From: a bacterium
GTDB taxonomy: Bacteria > Bacteroidota > Rhodothermia > Rhodothermales > UBA10348
Length of the DNA stretch: 57,949 bases
Direction of reading: 5' to 3'
NCBI GenBank assembly: GCA_013204185.1
Contig: JABMOI010000189.1
Location: 1-57,949, forward strand
The notes under the pieces were generated by a model. That model saw only the letters and a program-made list of their open reading frames with translations. It was not told the DNA's origin and made no database searches. A program made the translations under genes and the position numbers. Positions 55,855 through 57,949 of the stretch are shown in pieces (the first letter of the stretch is position 1; every line of letters starts with the position of its first letter).

Positions 55855-55890
55855 AAGCGGGGGCTTTGCGCATGCGCAAAGCCCCCGCTT
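55855..55890 (-). terminator. Perfect 36-bp palindrome; probable terminator of the upstream outer-membrane protein gene
   Basis: aagcgggggctttgcgcatgcgcaaagcccccgctt is its own reverse complement. It lies 40 nt past the stop at 55930 and is followed on the minus strand by ATTGTG, so the U-tract is poor. Confidence 0.5.
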
Positions 55891-55929
55891 CAAACACAGT
55901 GCGAAGCTATGGCTTCGGCTGAAGGATTC

Positions 55930-57949
55930 CTACCTGTTAAGTAGGACCCTGTATCCAAACATGAATCGGTTGTAGTCAAAGAAGTCCAGCGTGCTGAACT
56001 CTCCGAAAAACGTAGTCCCCGTTTTGGCTTCGTATTCGATACCTACAAACAGATTCAGCTTCATCTCCAGACCGGATAGAAACTTGTCGCTTACCAACCC
56101 AGCCCCAACACCGGTGTAGAAGTCGGTGTTTGCGCCTAGTTCATACGGGTACCAAGCGAAGTTGGCTAGTGCGCTTAGGCCTACTGCTTCCCCTATAACT
56201 AGTGATGCTTCTGGCATGAAACGTACTTTTTGATCTGGGAAGCGGTAATCCGCGCGCGCTCCGAGAATCACGGCATCGATTCCGTCCTTGAGTCCGAGGC
56301 CAATTTGAGGCAGTACGCTGTGTAGGTGACGATCTCTCCATAACGCGACCAACCCAGTAGCACCAGTGTTCGAAGAGTCTGTTGTCGCTGTATGGACAAG
56401 GACTTCTTCTACTTCAGGCTCTCTGGCTGAGTCCTGTGCTCTATTGACTTCATCTGCAATGCGTCTGTCTAACCGGTCCTCCATCTGACGCAAGCTTTTT
56501 TCAAGCTGTTCGGCTGTTACACCGCCTTGATTGCCAGTTGCCTTGGGTTGTTCGTCCAATACCTGTTTGACAATCTCTTTGATCGCTTCCGGTGAAATAG
56601 TAGTAGCAACAGGCACACCCATGGAGTCTGTAACTACTTTGAATCCACCCGGCTTTCCATCCACAACCTGGAATGAGGAATCGATACCGACAGGTTGAAC
56701 AATGCTAGAATCAACGCGGATGCGGCTATCTGTTGCGCCAAAACGGATGTAGATTTCACCCACTTCCGGTACAGGAATGGTCATGGTGCGGTCAGAAATG
56801 TTGCTTTTCGCGCCTTTTACCACCACAGAATCCACTTCGACGACTTTTTCCATGTTTTTCGGCGTGGTCTGAAGCGAATCGAGGCGTGACTGCATTTTCT
56901 TGAGCTCTGCTTCAAGCGCAATGACGCGGGCTTCTTCCGGCGTTACGGTTTTAACTTCCGTGACCACATCACCATTTTCATCCACCGTTACTTCGACTTC
57001 CATCTCTTCGGCAGGCATCGATCTGATTTCACGCTCTGTAACCGTCGAAGAAGACTTGCGAGGTTTGCGCCCAATACTGAAATTGATACCGCCAGTGTAC
57101 ATCAGGCTTCCAAACACGCTGCTAGGGCCGTTTACGTCGGCAACATCTTCGGTGCTCATGAAGAGGCCACGCACACCACCTTGTATTTTAATTCCTGAGG
57201 TAATGGGGACTTCAAGGCCTGCTCCACCCGTTGCGAAGTATCGACTTTCAGCAACAACGCCATCTGCGCCCGTAAATAGGTCACTTTTCTCGCCATTGAG
57301 ATACCCGGCGCCTACAATGAGATAGGGCGTGACTCCGCCATCACCAAAACGTAGGTCGAGTTCACCACCATACATTTTAAGCTTGCCGAACCCTTTTGGG
57401 ACGCCGCCATCGAATGCGGTTGTTTGCTCTGTATCTACCCAGTAGAAACCACGGATACCGATATAAGGACCTAGGTCAAAACCGGCGTTAACACCCGCAA
57501 CGGCTGTAGACTTAGGAAATCCTAAGGCTTCGTTGAAATCGATTTGGCCGTAGAAAGGCTCGATAGCCAAGCGGAAACCGCCACCGCTTAACTGGCTCAG
57601 CATGGCCCGGTCGGTTTCGGTAAGGCCATTGCCCGAGCGTCCACCTAAAAAGATCTTGAGTGAGGTAGAAAGTACTGGGTTGTTTACGGTAACCAAATTG
57701 AAGCTTTCGCGGGTCAATCCAACCGCCGTAAGGTCGCTTTCAGATAAGAACGTAGAAGCTGGATTGTAGCGGTATGAAAGGTTCTCGGCGCCCACCGAAA
57801 GAGTGTATCTCTCTGCTACGCTGAAGGTTAGCCCAACGCCGAGGTTCGAATAGATTTGCTCGCTCGACTGAACGCCTTCGCCCTTGAACTCCTGAATTCC
57901 GGTCCCTGCCGTGATAAACGGGATGAAACGACCGCTCCCAATGTTGATT
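55930..57949 (-). CDS. Multi-module outer-membrane beta-barrel protein, partial: 5' end beyond window edge
   Basis: The track ORF starts at a GTG (57795), but the same frame stays open to the window end (...NIGSGRFIPFITAGTGIQEF...SVAERYTLSVGAENLSY). Gly/aromatic beta-strand modules flank a charged central linker, and the C-terminus is FMFGYRVLLNR. Confidence 0.7.
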   Translation of the reverse strand, partial: INIGSGRFIPFITAGTGIQEFKGEGVQSSEQIYSNLGVGLTFSVAERYTLSVGAENLSYRYNPASTFLSESDLTAVGLTRESFNLVTVNNPVLSTSLKIFLGGRSGNGLTETDRAMLSQLSGGGFRLAIEPFYGQIDFNEALGFPKSTAVAGVNAGFDLGPYIGIRGFYWVDTEQTTAFDGGVPKGFGKLKMYGGELDLRFGDGGVTPYLIVGAGYLNGEKSDLFTGADGVVAESRYFATGGAGLEVPITSGIKIQGGVRGLFMSTEDVADVNGPSSVFGSLMYTGGINFSIGRKPRKSSSTVTEREIRSMPAEEMEVEVTVDENGDVVTEVKTVTPEEARVIALEAELKKMQSRLDSLQTTPKNMEKVVEVDSVVVKGAKSNISDRTMTIPVPEVGEIYIRFGATDSRIRVDSSIVQPVGIDSSFQVVDGKPGGFKVVTDSMGVPVATTISPEAIKEIVKQVLDEQPKATGNQGGVTAEQLEKSLRQMEDRLDRRIADEVNRAQDSAREPEVEEVLVHTATTDSSNTGATGLVALWRDRHLHSVLPQIGLGLKDGIDAVILGARADYRFPDQKVRFMPEASLVIGEAVGLSALANFAWYPYELGANTDFYTGVGAGLVSDKFLSGLEMKLNLFVGIEYEAKTGTTFFGEFSTLDFFDYNRFMFGYRVLLNR

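Noticed and set aside
55688-55897. 70-residue N-terminal extension of the SET-domain ORF.
   Set aside because: It would be translated through the 36-bp palindrome (the probable terminator of the upstream gene). The SET fold starts at the internal Met.
1-57949. Looked for tRNA/rRNA genes, insertion sequences, integrases, phage genes and toxin-antitoxin pairs.
   Set aside because: There is no T-loop/acceptor-like sequence in any intergenic gap, no transposase- or integrase-like ORF and no long terminal inverted repeats. All intergenic gaps are short (under about 250 nt). A formal tRNAscan or Infernal run is still advisable.

Overview
This is a gene-dense 57.9-kb chromosomal window with about 50 CDS. 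By eye I found no rRNA, tRNA, CRISPR array, transposase or integrase. The gene content (DUF5103-, DUF3078-, DUF4783- and DUF4105-like proteins, an Hc1-like mini-histone, a split MacB-type pump, several TTG/GTG starts) suggests an FCB-group bacterium, possibly Balneolales/Rhodothermales-like; this is inference only. Most genes are housekeeping: dnaE, cysS, trkH-trkA, mutS2, hrcA-grpE-dnaJ, gpmI, nth, sppA, yidD and moaB. The main candidate for something new is a compact minus-strand module at 34844..40315. It holds two paralogous pilin-like genes whose products both start MGQQQLLLLV (no leader peptide, no Phe+1, no Glu+5), a strong terminator between them, a PilC/GspF-like platform gene and a 994-aa PilB/GspE-like ATPase with about 400 extra N-terminal residues. 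No prepilin peptidase, secretin or alignment genes are in the window. It looks like a reduced, non-canonical type IV filament system. Secondary items:
- a seven-gene co-directional block (Spy/CpxP-like, ECF sigma, anti-sigma candidate, Spy-like, then MacA/ATPase/permease) with an ECF-type promoter candidate;
- a MacA-like adaptor with a Gly/Ala-rich insert and an RGG tail;
- a 16-bp x4 tandem repeat that duplicates a gene's 3' end;
- a secreted, very basic protein with penta- and hexapeptide tandem repeats;
- a 1377-aa polytopic histidine kinase overlapping a DUF4783 gene;
- an endonuclease III with a Cys-containing C-terminal extension;
- a bacterial SET-domain protein;
- a multi-barrel outer-membrane protein that runs off the window.
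All family names come from motif recognition by eye. No database search was run.
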